The notes below the pieces were generated by a model. That model did no database searches. It saw only the letters and a program-made list of their open reading frames with translations, and was not told where the DNA came from. DNA of 61,551 bases, the filler included, from Asterionella formosa (lineage: Eukaryota), in the NCBI GenBank assembly GCA_002256025.1. It is 8 parts of 8 records of this genome, joined end to end, with 100 filler letters (N's around TTAATTAATTAA, not from the genome) between each part and the next. Parts side by side here need not be neighbours in the genome. Positions count along the whole stretch, not along the records: positions 30,889 to 38,475 come from NKIB01012421.1; positions 38,576 to 46,175 come from NKIB01012422.1; positions 46,276 to 53,870 come from NKIB01012423.1; 5 more parts are not named here. One strand, 5' to 3'. A program made the translations under genes and the position numbers. Below, one piece after another: positions 37,378 to 50,157 of the stretch (position 1 is the stretch's first letter; the number at the start of each line of letters is the position of its first letter).

Positions 37378-38475
37378 ATGGCCGAACAAAACGACGATCG
37401 CCCAGGCGAAAGAGAACATTTTAAAAATGCACTGATCCACGTGGTGCAATTAAATGAAGCACAAGCAGATCGTTTGATCATGCAAGACATTTCAATGTCA
37501 TCCGAGCTCTCATATGTTGATGACGAGACTCTTATGTTATGTTTCCAAGCTAATAATCGTCCTACAGCTGGAAAGAAAATGCGACTGATGGCATTTAAGA
37601 TGTGGATCAGAGAACAACAGGCAAATGAAGGTTTCGGAAATGTTTCTTCAAACTATTTTACAAATGAAGAACTAACAAAAATGCTTGAACAGGTTGGAAA
37701 TGGCCAAAAACGCACCATTGACGCATCACAAAGAAACAATGTCCGTGATATTAAAGAACCTGAACCATGGCTTGGCAAACCACAAGATTGGCGTAAGCGA
37801 AAACGAGAGCTCATTGCTTATATGGCTAAACGCCGCAATTGCAACAATGTCCCTTTTCTTTACCTCATAAGAGAAGAACAAGGATATATTGAAACTGATG
37901 ACAATGACATGAGTGTGATCATCAGGGATACACCACATCACGGAAGTGTCTATCAAGCAGACAACTATGAATTCTTCCAAGTGTTAATTAGCTGGACAAG
38001 TGGTGGCACGATGGAAGCACTTGTTGACCGTTACCGTTCCACCCAGGATGGAAGATCAGCATGGCAGATGATTATAACGATGATGGACGGTCAAGATTCA
38101 CGCAATGCTAGGATTAAGGATGCAGATGCGAGAATTGATAATGCATTCTACAGAGAAGACAGATCTCAATTCACATTCGAACAATATTGCGCAGTCCATA
38201 TAACTTCCAACATTGAAATGGAAGAATTAAATGTCCAACGTGATGGTTTTACACAAGTTCGTAAATTTCTGGATGGTATCAAACACCAGAGCATGCAAGG
38301 ACTTAAATTCCTAATTATGGACAACGAGAAAACAAAAGCAGACCTCCAAGCTGCAGTAATCAAAATGAAGGACCTCTGGAACCAGTCAAAGCCTGCTGCT
38401 GCCTCATCCTCAAACACACGTAATCGTGACGAACGAAATATAGGCAACGCAAACTTCCGCGCATTCAGGGGTGGC
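37378..38475 (+). CDS. Gag of a diatom-type Ty1/Copia (CoDi-like) LTR retrotransposon; open to the contig end
   Basis: Uninterrupted ORF with NVPFLYLIRE, YQADN, QDGRSAW, FTFEQYCAVH and QVRKFLDGIK, typical of diatom Copia gag; preceded by LTR/PBS-like sequence. Confidence 0.8.
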
Positions 38476-38575
38476 NNNNNNNNNNNNNNNNNNNNNNNNN
38501 NNNNNNNNNNNNNNNNNNNTTAATTAATTAANNNNNNNNNNNNNNNNNNNNNNNNNNNNNNNNNNNNNNNNNNNN
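38476..38575. other. Artificial contig spacer
   Basis: N-run/TTAATTAATTAA/N-run. Confidence 0.98.
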
Positions 38576-38744
38576 GATCACATCCGTTTGCTTCGTGGTC
38601 AAAACTTGTACTTCCGCAACAGTCACAGACCATCTTTGAGCACATCGAATTGTCGGTGCTTCCAGTTGAATCAGCGCGTAAGGTTCGACTCTTTGTTGTC
38701 TCTTCCACCGCCTTTGCTTGGTTGTTGTCGCGCTTGATTGGCAT
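38576..38744 (-). CDS. 5' end of a gene with a probable zinc ribbon (TFIIB/BRF/RRN7-like), truncated
   Basis: MPIKR...MVCDCCGSTSFDHEANGCD runs to the contig end and fits the first half of a CxxC-(x)-G-CxxC ribbon. Only 56 codons are visible. Confidence 0.4.
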
Positions 38745-39589
38745 CGTCTCTTCCTTTACTCAAAAAAGGATTTTCAAAGTCAAAGCAGTGTCACGATGAT
38801 TTGTGATAATGTGTCAACAATAAGTGCTTCTACATAACATATATCTTTACACAGAGGTACATCTATTTGGAGTGCAGTACCGGTAGTACAAGCAAAAATT
38901 GAAAGAACAATTGTTGCTGTCATATACCTGTGTCTATCTTACCTCGTAACTATACCCGTTATACATAGGTCTACTGTAGAACTACATAGTTCAACATCCT
39001 AAGTACACATGCATACCTGAGGATATTCTGACACCAATTCCTGGTAGTAATATGACACATCACCTTCGTATGTGTTGTCAGGTTGAGGAACATAACCGTA
39101 ATATACCAATAAAAGTAATGGATATAGTACCGGTAGGCATTTTTGAATGAATATATTGGTACGGTTGGTAAAAAATACTACTGGTATTCTCTTGTTGGAA
39201 TGGTCTAGTAAGTACAAAAACAGAGCTGCAAGGAATCCACTGGTAGTCCTTCGGGTATTCTTCGGGAAAAACACAGTCATCACCATTACGAAAACGCAAG
39301 CGCTCATAGCGGTTTATGAAGATACAGGCAAACCGCCAACATCATCATCGCTTATTAGTGGAGCATAGAATGTAAAAAGATGCGATCTAATCACTGGCAA
39401 AAAATGGAAAATACAAGCACTAGCCACGATGTTGAACTACAATCATAATGATCTGTAGATGGCACTAGCGCCAAAATGAGAGAAATTTTCATTGCAGCTT
39501 GCCAAATCAAGAGAAACAGCAAGAAATTATATTGAAATGATAGAAAAGAAATCACGAACTAATGGTGAAAGCCAAGCAATGACACCAGC

Positions 39590-39985
39590 AAAAAAGGTCT
39601 ACTGGCAAAAGCAAAGGAATGACAAAATGAAGGACAACTGGTGCAGCTGAATGATGATATGAGAGACAGTCAAGGACTACTGGCAAATCAAGGACTACCC
39701 AAGAAATCCACATGACATGAGACAAATTAAGGACTACCAGAGAAAGCCAAGCAGAAGACATGAGAGTCAAATCAAGCAAGGAATACTACTCCCGGCAAAA
39801 TCCATGTAATGAAATGAGAGACAATTCAAGGACTACTGGCAAAAAATCCCAACACTGGTATTAGCGAAAAAGCAAAATCTACTGGCAAAAGCCAAATGAA
39901 ATGAGTGAAAAATCAAGACCAAGCTGTTACCAGAAAAAACAAAGCAGTGAAATAATAGAACAATCAAGGACTACTGGCAAATGCC
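39590..39985. repeat. Cluster of short dispersed motifs AAGGACTACTGGCAAA
   Basis: Full or partial copies near 39597, 39672, 39690, 39729, 39827, 39879 and 39966. Confidence 0.7.
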
Positions 39986-40499
39986 ACACAATGACATCAG
40001 AAACAAATCAGAATCCAAGGATTCATGAGAAACAAACCAATCCAGAAAACTTGACCAGGCATAGTGGGGCCAAAACGGAAATCTTCCACCCAATAAGAGC
40101 ACCGCCACTGCATCAACCAAATACCAAGCCAATTGAAGTTGCGGATCATTACACATCATGATGCGTTGTGTTGGTCGAAAAAGCAAAAATATTTTAGCCA
40201 CCGCATCGACCAAGACCAAATATGCTTTGGTCTTGATCAAGGATGACCCCCTTATTGACCAAATATCAGGTATTTGGTTGATTAGACTCCAACCATAGCC
40301 AAATAAAAGGAGCATTTCTATTGGTTTAGATTGTGGCTTGCGCCGGCAACCTAATGTTTATAGTTCAATGAGTGCATACATAATTACAGTACATTCACTA
40401 TAGTCTCTTCATGTAGAACTCTATAGGCCAATGTGATCTTGGTGTGCTGTATACATCATATTGAGTCAACATCATAAAACAACAATCATCATTGTCAGG

Positions 40500-41257
40500 A
40501 TGGATTCCGGTGTCACGCGGGAGAAGGAAGAGGACGAAGCACTCTCTCGGGCCTGGGTAGCTGCAATTGAAGACGCAATCACTGGGACTGGTCAGAAAGC
40601 AAGCAAGTTTTGGAGCAGGGTATTTGAAATTTATGTTGAGCTTATCCCAGATGGGAAGGATCGCACCTCAACAGCGTGCACTGCTCGATGGGGAACAATC
40701 AATCAAGATGTGACAAAGTTTTGCGGCTTCTATTCACAGGTTACGTCCATTTGACGAAGCCAGGGAGCTATTTAAATTAGAGGGAAAAGGAAGGAAACTG
40801 GGTAGAGAATTCCTGTTCGAAGGGTGTTGGCGAATTTTGAAGGATGCCCCAAAGTGGAAGGGTGGGTGTGGATATGTCCGAGATCAGCAGCAGTCCTGCG
40901 TTACTAGATGTTCATCCCATGGGGAAGAAAGCAGCAAAAGATAGTAAGCTGCTTGCAAATGCTCAGCTTGTCATTGAACAAAAACACGTGCAGATGTTGG
41001 AAAGAAAGGTGAAGACGCAACGTGATGAATTTTTGTTTAAGATTTTCTCTCTTAATACTAATTCAGAGGAAGCTATTTTGTGGTTTTCTATGAAGGCTCA
41101 AGAAGCTATGGAGGAGATGGAGGATAGTTCAAAACCATCACGCAAAATAGCCAAGACCGGTTCTTTGAAGTCAGGCAGTTCAGTTGAAATCGATATTTCA
41201 ACTTCTTGTTCATCATTTACTGATGATGAGGTTTCGATTCTAGAGACTGGACCATAA
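40500..41257 (+). pseudogene. Harbinger Myb/SANT-like DNA-binding protein (NAM-associated type), disrupted
   Basis: EEDEALSRAW...GTGQKASKFWSRV...RWGTINQDVTKFCG, then FLFEGCWRILKDAPKW and HPMGKKAAK in shifted frames. Confidence 0.85.
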
Positions 41258-41373
41258 GAGTATTAAACTAGTTTGATTATAGTGACATTACATTACTCTA
41301 ATCCTTTCATTATTTCCAATCTAGAACTTGTATTTTACAGACTTAAAAAAATCTAGAATCAAGTTATTATCTT

Positions 41374-41600
41374 CTATTTGTTCTCGTTTTGAATCCACAA
41401 GTGCTCAATCAAATTGTTACGCAATTGAAAGTGCTCACCTTCACTCATGTAGTTCATTCTAATATTCTTGAAATCAAGAAATGTGTGTACATTGTCATGA
41501 TTCACATTGTCAACCAAAATTCCATCCTGAATATTGTCAAATAGATATTTATTTGTATTTTCAGTTTCCTATTCATCTTCTATGATCATGTTGTGCAATA
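41374..41600 (-). pseudogene. C-terminal fragment of a Harbinger (HARBI1-like) nuclease
   Basis: Hand translation LHNMIIEDE*...HFQLRNNLIEHLW. Confidence 0.85.
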
Positions 41601-42149
41601 ACCATTTTTCTTCCCAACAGAATAGTACATTAATTGCCTCCTCTATTGTATTCACAGCTACTCTGAGTCATCTTCCAAAAAAGATTTCTCTCAGTCCAAC
41701 TGCCACTTACATCATGATATTTCACCCATGATTTACATATTCGGATATCTCAGTCTCACCCATGACCTTTCTAGAAAGTTTATACTTAGTCCTTCTTGAC
41801 CCCAAAATGTACACTCTGGCCATGACTCAATTTTGCATATTTTTACCAACTTTTAGGGACCAAAGTGGTGTTAAATCTTTCTAATTCTAGCCTTGTTAAT
41901 ATATTTCAGTCCTATAGGAAGTCCAGGCCATTGGATTTTAGCAATGCTGCATTTTTTCACATGACACGTGTTGGTAGAAGAAGGCCCTCACAGAGCCGAG
42001 GAAAAGCATATTTTACAATCGGACCATACAACAATGGAAGTAGAATTATTTAGCTCAATTTTCCGAGTTCCATATAATATATTCAGAGAGCTGGCTGTGT
42101 ACATCACATTTGCAAATGGTTGATATGATCCATTCAGCCAAGAAAGGAT

Positions 42150-42890
42150 TGTATCCAACTTCCATGGAAAGACCTTGAGTTGCTCATACTTGGTGGTGTG
42201 TTGTATTCACTAGAGAAGGAACAGGTGCTATTTCTTTATATGTTTTCCTTCAAGCAAACATCTCCAAAGAGATGCACCGGAAAGTTTCCTTTTCTGGATT
42301 GTGGAACAGTTTCAGAAACGAAAGACGAACACATATACATATTGAGACGAGACAAGGAGTAGGATGAACAGCTCCAATGAATTAATGATTACACTTTACT
42401 TGGGCTTCCAGGGTGTTATAGGCTCAGTTAATTATGTCCCCACTGGGTGGAATAGATGCTGTCCATCCCAACAAAAGAACTTATACAAAGGTTCCAGGGG
42501 TATCCATCAGTTGTTTTCGAGGTGGTTTCAGATCACAGAAGAAATACTTTGTCAACCAGCTTGCTATTCCATTCCGGGCAGACAAGAGTGGTATGTGCTC
42601 TCTGAGGGTTCATCAATTCCATATACAGGTTTTGCTATTCTGTATGTGATGGAGGATACCTGCAATGGCCAGCATCGTCGATTTGTCCAATAAAGTGTGG
42701 TGGAAATGAAAATGGAAAAGAAAGAACATGAGGTAGAATTATATTGAATGTACTTTCAGCATATTGAAAGTTTGATGACTATTCCTGGAACAATCTGTCT
42801 CAACGTGAGCACATCAAAACTTTGTTCACAACATTGTTCACAACATGCTGTACTATGTTTCACAATATTCTATTAGACAGTGATGGATAC
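42150..42890 (+). pseudogene. Second, distinct Harbinger-type DDE transposase relic
   Basis: LELLILG, LGFQGVIGSVN, WNRCCP..KNLYKG../GYPSVVFEVVSDH, VCDGGYLQWP..ICP and TCC..FHNILLDSDGY, read across frameshifts. Confidence 0.75.
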
Positions 42891-45366
42891 CTTGACTGTG
42901 AAGCTTCTGACACACAACATGTGGCAGTTACATTGTAAGTGACTGCATGGAATTGCATGTTTCTAATCCGCACAGCAATTTGAATGAAAGTACTGCTGGT
43001 CTACAAAGCCAGTGGTGTAATCTAGTTCAACTACATGACATCATTATGTCGACTTTCATAAAAAATAGTTAATAGCAAGATAGCTCAATATTGATTCAAG
43101 TTAGTACTATATAGTGAACTATATTCATGGTATTTTTGTTGCCTAATGTTTTCCTGCAAATCTGAGCCGTTGTGGAAAAAGCATGCATCACAAAATCAAA
43201 TGTTCTGGAGATTTCAACTGTCATCATAGCAAATGGAACAGACAGCTCACTGCAACCAATGCAAATGTGTTCACTGTTGATGACTTGGCAGTCAATGCAA
43301 ATCCTACCAAGTCCTGCCTTGAGAGTCATGTTGATCATCATTACGAAAAAACAGGGAATTGGTTGTATTTGTTAAAGTGAGGAAAATAGCCAAAGTAGTA
43401 GGAGAAGGCTCATTTCCCAAAGCACGTGTTACAATGATGAAATTTTTGTCAGCCTTAGCTAACACTTGCACTCTCAACATCATAGCGCTATTGGTAAGGT
43501 AATTTATAAAACAATTCAATACTACAGCTGCATGATATATGTCATCAGGCACTATATATTTGACCCTCTCATTAAGATCAAGATGAGGAACAATCTGATC
43601 AAATTGGCCCATTCAAGTTTCATGTGCTGTCTGGAAATCAAGCATGATTGACATGATTCCCATCATGGTAGGTTTTTTCTGGGAGATGAGTTGTCACTAT
43701 CATCATGGTGCTTTCGTGAATGCTTTGTCCGTTCGTTGCTGCTCCTTCCATGCTCCGTCTGCCTCTTCTCTTCTTTATAAGCAATCTGCATCGCTCATCG
43801 ACTAATATGGTCAGCATCACTGTGGTATTGTATTCCCATTGAATAGAAGGACTTGGAACATCGACAATACAAAGTGGACGACTGGTTGATTGACCAGGTC
43901 GATCTGCCCTATAAATCATGATTTGACAGGTTTAAATCTTCTTCTGGAAACTTTGCTTGTAAATGCTGCACAGGAATTTGAAGTATGTACCCTTCATGCC
44001 TTGTCCACTACTAGAAGCAAGGCCGAAGTTTGTGCAAATCTTGGGTGATGTTTGTACTTAAAATGATAGTGCCGTATGGACAAATAAAACCGGTATGAAT
44101 TGTTTCCATTCAAAATATGCACATGGGATGAGTGCGATTATTGGATAGCTTTAACTTTTAAGATTTGATTTCAATTTTTTTAATTGAAATGATTGTTTGG
44201 TGGCAACGCTTGTTCCTAATCTCCTGTCACTTTATCCAACAAGCAAGGTATCGCCTGTCATGCTCAATGTTTACCTGGATCCCATGTACATCGCAATTTC
44301 AATTGCAGTTGCTATCACACATATCATCCTCTCCTAGTAGCTAGGTTGTCTTCTTTCAGAATTCGAAAATACAGATCAGCCATATGTTGGTGGTGATATT
44401 TCTTCTTTTCCTCCTTATGGCGATCTGCACACGATGGATCATCTGAACTTGAATGGAACCACAAATCTAGCATCGAAGTTGGTCACAAAAGGAATGCTCC
44501 TTGTCAGTTGTGTACTCAGTTGGTCCTTGAGCTGCCATACTAGGAAGGAGGCCAACAATTTCAACAAGAGCAATAGCATGAGCAGCAATGATGATGATGA
44601 AAATGTTGAATATCAATGATTTTAATTATGGTATCGATGAATGTCAGAATATACATATAATGTTACAAGTCTAAATGGGTGACATAAAATGGCTTAGATA
44701 TCTATAACTGTATGTTCTACCTTCTTAGAACTGATTACAATAGCTATCCCCTTTCTATTGTCTACAATGTTCGTACTTGGTTCGAATTTTATAAAATTTT
44801 AGAAACTTCGATAATTTTAGTCGGAAGATGGGGTTGGGGTTATGAATTGTTGGCTCTCAGTTTTTTGGTGGTGGTTTAAATCGGAGTACCGGTATTACAT
44901 TCGAGCAACAGGAGCTGTATACAGTAATACACATGTGATATCAACGAGGATAGTGTTTTACTCTAATACTATAATTATGATCTACGACGTAGCGAACACG
45001 AATGCCGCTGAACACGGAATGACGCACGGTCATAGCATCTTTTTTTGTGCATCGTTCCATCCTTCGCGATTTTTATCATCAGTGCCACTGAAATCGATCT
45101 TGATGGTTCACATTAACAGAAACCATTATAAACAGCACAAAACCAAAATTAATTGACTTTCTTGTTTGCTGTTCTTGATATTTGTCATCTTTCCCCGACC
45201 CCACAAATAGAAAGCTCAAGGTACGCACAACGATCGCTTCGATGTGCCTCCCAACACTGTTGAGTGCCATGGGGGTCGATCAATAGAGCAGAGCCTTGGG
45301 ACGCTCTTGGTTTCGTGTTCAGTGAATTTGGCGCCGAGCAGGAACTTCTTATTGAATCAAGGTGAA

Positions 45367-46175
45367 ATGGACATTGTTACTAACTCGTTCGCACAACTTT
45401 TCAAGATGATGGGCAGTTTATCGTTGATGCTAGACGAAGCAAGTCTCAATGCTGACTATGACTTTGACATGGATCCTATTCCTGTGGAAAGCACCGAGTT
45501 GTTGGAATACACAACTCTGTTTTTCAATGAAAACAATCCAAAGATGACATGGTTGTGCGATCCTTCTCATTTGATGGCGGCGCATCTTCTTGATATTCAA
45601 TGTCTCGTGCCTGTCCCGACTGAACGCCGATGGTGTAGTATTGACCAGCATTCAGAACCAAATCATGCACTGAGAAATAACAGATCCTTGGAAAAGCCCA
45701 AGAAGCCTCTGTCTGCTTACAATCTCTTCTTTCAGCATGAACGGGAGAAGATCATTACAAGCAGCCCTCTCATGACGTTCGAGGAGAGCATGCAACGGAT
45801 CCATCATAGCAACACGAGGCCGATCAAGAGAAAGCATCGCAAATCTCATGGAAAGATTAGCTTCGGTCTGCTTGCACGAACTATTGCGGATAAGTGGAAG
45901 AGTCTGGATGCTGCAGGCAAGGTGACTTTTTTGGAAGCGTCAGAAGACCAGAAGGCTAGCTACAATTCTGCATTGGAGGAGTGGACAAGGAACGAAGAGA
46001 GAAAGGCTACACATCATGTCAATGAAGCTCGCCGTGAACTCGCCCGAGTTGAACAAGATGTATTTGCCCCAAAACCGCTGAGGACGATGATGGAGGATGA
46101 CATTGCCAAAATACCAACAATGGAACGGCAAACCTCGGCTAATTTCTTGAATAACGTTGCAGCTCACGATTCGCC
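45367..46175 (+). CDS. HMG-box transcription factor (diatom-type with insertion in the box), 3' truncated
   Basis: KPKKPLSAYNLFFQHER...KRKHRKSHGKISFGLLARTIADKWKSLD...ASEDQKASY. The start Met is inferred; the ORF runs into the spacer. Confidence 0.88.
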
Positions 46176-46275
46176 NNNNNNNNNNNNNNNNNNNNNNNNN
46201 NNNNNNNNNNNNNNNNNNNTTAATTAATTAANNNNNNNNNNNNNNNNNNNNNNNNNNNNNNNNNNNNNNNNNNNN
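46176..46275. other. Artificial contig spacer
   Basis: N-run/TTAATTAATTAA/N-run. Confidence 0.98.
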
Positions 46276-46466
46276 CTGCTTCTTCTGGCGAACGTGTCCT
46301 GTTTAGGCAGGTGGGTGGTCAGTGGCAGGCGGAACTTCAGGCTGGCACAGGTACTACCACTACGCGCAAGCTCACCCTGCGTGTGGTGAGCTCCGGTGAC
46401 ATTAGGATGCTGCTTGCAGGTTTGCAGCGCCAAGACGTTTGGGCATGTTGATCTCGCATTCATATC

Positions 46467-48701
46467 ATGGCTACTGCCAATCCTCCCTACACGCCGTGTG
46501 TGTACTTGGGCAAGAGCGGCTTGTTAGGGGGTGCGCCTACGCAACAAGTGCCGTCACCAGGAGAAGAAAAATGGCGTTCAGGGCCCTTCATGAAACTTGA
46601 CAGTGATGAAAGAAAGACAGTGGTATTCCACATACCATCAGGTCGTCGTTACAAAGACTATCGGTTCAAGACAGACCCAGTGATACAGCGTGCTAGCTTA
46701 ACGATACGCTATGTAGAAGCGAACAACGAGGAAGATATTCGCAGGTTAGTAGCCTCCAACGACGACACTGAGTTAAAGACACAACTTAATGCCGGTTTTC
46801 AGGCGGTTCCTTTGGGGACGTTCGAGGGAGGCTTTCAGAGTTTATTGAACAAGTGCCATCAAGAAGTACATGTACAGCGAACCAAACATGCAGGGTTGGT
46901 GTTATTCGGCAAGACAGAGAAGAATGGACTGGGCTGCAAGGAGAGTAATAAGAGTATAATTAACGTACAACTGGAGATCTGCGTTGAAGAAATTTTTGAA
47001 GATGTAAAGCTTCCTGCTAGGCCTACACTTCTGATACCACCAGCGCCCATTCCTGGAACAACAACAAATGATGATCATCTTCCTTCCCCTGCAACTCCAA
47101 CACCAAGCAGTATCAATTCCACTGATCCCTTTTCTGATGTTCGGTCGAAAATGGAGGAAGCTATGCAGAATGAGAATTCCAGACCAATCGAGCTTCCTGT
47201 GGAATTCATTTATAGTTGTACAAACAACTTGAATGATTCCTTGAAACTTGGTCAAGGAGCTTTTGGTGCTGTCTACAAAGGCGAGTATGGCAATCGGGTT
47301 TTTGCTGTTAAACGTATCCTTGATGGCATCGCTGTGAAGAAAGATGAGTTGCTTGAAAAGACTGCCCCTTACCGTACAAATGTTAAAACTGAATTGGAGG
47401 TGAGCTCATTCGTGGTATCAAATATTTATGTTTTCAAGACTTTATGTTTCTCATTCTACTGTCATACTGTTTTAGGCATTAACGAGGTTCCAACACCCCA
47501 ATATTGTATCCTTGTATGGCTATCATTTGTCCCCTGATTCGTCTAATCAATTCCTTGTATATGAGTATGCATCCAAGGGTTCTCTTGATACATTATATAA
47601 GAGTGAACAAAAAATATCAAGTCTCTCAAGTAAGATCCGACTTCGAATCATGAACGAAATTATTTCTGCCATCTACTTTATTCATACTATAAAAAAGAAC
47701 GGCCACACTTTGTTTCATCGTGACATCAATCCATTTAATATCTGCCTTGATCAGAACTATACTGCCAAGCTGATTGATTGTGGCCTAGCCAAGTTTGTGC
47801 CTAAGGGTAGTTCAGTCAAAACCAATCCAATTCCTTCCTCAGTTTGTTACACAGCAGGTGATGGAACATATGGGACACCTGGCTACATATGTCCATATCA
47901 TCTTAAGGGTAACAAATATGCTCCTGCATGTGATGTTTACTCGTTTGGCATGGTCATGGTTGAGCTTGTGACAGGCTGCCTCCTGATTCGTCTAATCAAT
48001 TCCTTGTATATGAGTATGCATCCAAGGGTTCTCTTGATAAATTTTATGAGAGTGAACGAAATAGATCATGTCTCTCGAGTAAGATCCGATTTCAAGTTAT
48101 GTTCGAAATTATTTCTGCCATCCACTTCCTTCATACTGATACAAAGGATAACTTCATTCTGTATCATCGTGACATAAAATCGGCTAATATCTGGCTTTCA
48201 AATAACTATACTGCCAAACTGATTGATTGTGGCCTTGCCAAGTTTGTGCCTGTCGATGACTCATTTTCTACCAATGCAATTTCGAGCGCAGTTCGGAATT
48301 CATCCAATGGTGTAGTCTTTGGGACACCTGGCTACACATGTCCATTTTATTCAAAGGGAGGTAAAACATTTGAAGCATCATGTGATGTTTACTCATTTGG
48401 GATTGTCATGATTGAGCTTGTGACAGGCTGCCTTCAAAATGATAGGACAAAGTTGGGAGATTTCTCTGAACGCTACTTCCCAAATAATTTTGATGGAACT
48501 CCAGCAGAGGCATTGGTGTTGGCAATTCCAAAATTGGTAGAGGATGCTGATTCTGAAGCAGAATGGGAAGATGGAATGCTGTCCTCTGTGTGCTCATTAG
48601 CCATTCGTTGCATTCAGAAGAATCGCGAGAAAAGGCCAAAGACTCTTGAATTGATTCAAGAGTTGGGTCAACTTGCAAGGCCAACAGATCATATTGAGTG
48701 A
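46467..48701 (+). CDS. IRAK/Pelle-like (TKL) protein kinase with unknown N-terminal domain; intron 47400-47475; frame disrupted by a 449-bp internal duplication
   Basis: LGQGAFGAVYKG, FAVK, ELE/ALTRFQHPNIVSLYGY, LVYEY, HRDI, AKLIDCGLAK, GTPGY and CDVYSFG. Subdomains V-IX occur twice (47533-47981 and from 47982). Confidence 0.8.
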
Positions 48702-49225
48702 TGTGAATCACCACAAATGATAATTGCCTTTGACAATCCTAACATGAATGAAAGCACTAATAATGTGCCTTGTGTGCCAAGATTCTATTTTGTGGTTGCA
48801 ATGCAAAGCTGATATAGGCATTGTAACAATTATCGAAAATAACTATAGTGAATAAGTGAAGTTGATCAGATTGTGCCTTTATTAATTGTGAGCTCTCTAT
48901 GAACCATCACTTCTGAAAAGGCAGCCATTGTCCCAAAGACTTTGCCAAACCAAAAAGGGCTGTTGCCAACACAATTCAGTGCAAAAATGGAAAATAATAT
49001 AATTGCACTGAATGTGAAAATTGAATTGAAACATTGAATTTGCCATTTGTTGCATTCAGACCAATCACAAAAGTAGACCAACAACTATTGAATTGATTGA
49101 AATATTGGGTTGACTTCTAGGATCATATTATGAAATGTGAATTGTCACAAATGATAATTGCCTTTGACAATCTTGACCTAAATGAAAGCAGTTAACTATG
49201 TGTCTTTTGTGCCAAAGATTCTACT
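48701..49225 (+). repeat. Imperfect ~88-bp direct repeat (48701-48787 and 49134-49223)
   Basis: atgtgaat...cacaaatgataattgcctttgacaatc...aatgaaagca...tgtgcca.agattcta occurs twice. Confidence 0.8.
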
Positions 49226-49715
49226 CCTGTTTTCACTAGCCAAAACCATTCCACATGCAAATAATAATGCTTTGAGGATCATGTACAGTTCTGCACATGT
49301 GGAAAAGTAAAGAGCATACTGAATTACTGCACTCAAAAGGTAACTATGAGTTTACAGGTGTACCTACTATGTAGTGCTCAAGTTGAATGGTACCTCCATC
49401 TGACCATGTTGATAGACACCTCTTCTTTCCATGATACCTGGTATGATGGCTGATTGATGTGGTAATGCAAGATCTGACTTGTTGGATTATAATTGGATTA
49501 TAATTGAGTCCACACTCCCTGTGAATCAAGCTAATATTCTTGACAAAAAAGGGGCTACGAACATTTTAAAAAATCCAAAGCTTTGGACAATTCGAAACAG
49601 AGATACAATAATGATACTACAAGTTTTTTCGGAGTATATGCAGTTAGTCTACAGAATGTGTGGTATGCACAGTTTATTGTAACATAGCAGTACCAGATAC
49701 CAGATACCAGTTAAA

Positions 49716-49921
49716 AATGGCTTTGAGCCACAATATTCTATTATTTTCCGACTGATTCTAGAAGTATGCTAAAATCGATCCCCTCTTTCGCCCTTTGGCA
49801 CGATATTAGTTAGTTCATTAAGCTACATGAGAATTAGATCATTTCTTTATTTGAACATATTTTAACTGAGATCTATCCATTTTAAAAGTGACAAAAACGG
49901 CCGAAGTGGCTCAAAGCCATT
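49716..49921. mobile_element. 206-bp MITE-like element
   Basis: Perfect 16-bp inverted ends AATGGCTTTGAGCCAC (49716-49731 and 49906-49921); no clear TSD. Confidence 0.65.
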
Positions 49922-50157
49922 GATTGAATTTTAACATGCATAATACATGAAGGTTTTTTTATAGGCAATGGTTATTTAGAAAATATTTTATCGTTTGCGT
50001 TTTTTTCGCAGCCAGAAGCCGCATCTTTCTTATATTGGTGGAATCACTTGCTTCAATTTTATGTAATTGGCGTGAGGGCTGCACATACGGACTGCATGGA
50101 AGGGTTGGATGAATATGGTCCTCTGGGTATTGAGATTCAACTTAACCTGACAGTCAA

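Larger units (their letters stand above)
40097..41600. mobile_element. Decayed autonomous-type PIF/Harbinger transposon (left TIR, Myb/SANT ORF, 3' end of convergent nuclease)
   Basis: TAA|GAGCACCGCCACTGC...ACCAAATACCAAGCC left end shared with 26381. Convergent Myb-like and DDE ORF relics, as in Harbinger elements. Confidence 0.85.

Noticed and set aside
43096..43919. Cys-rich minus-strand ORFs (CIDC..CIGC)
   Set aside because: Short and fragmented; possibly TE debris, but no family can be supported.
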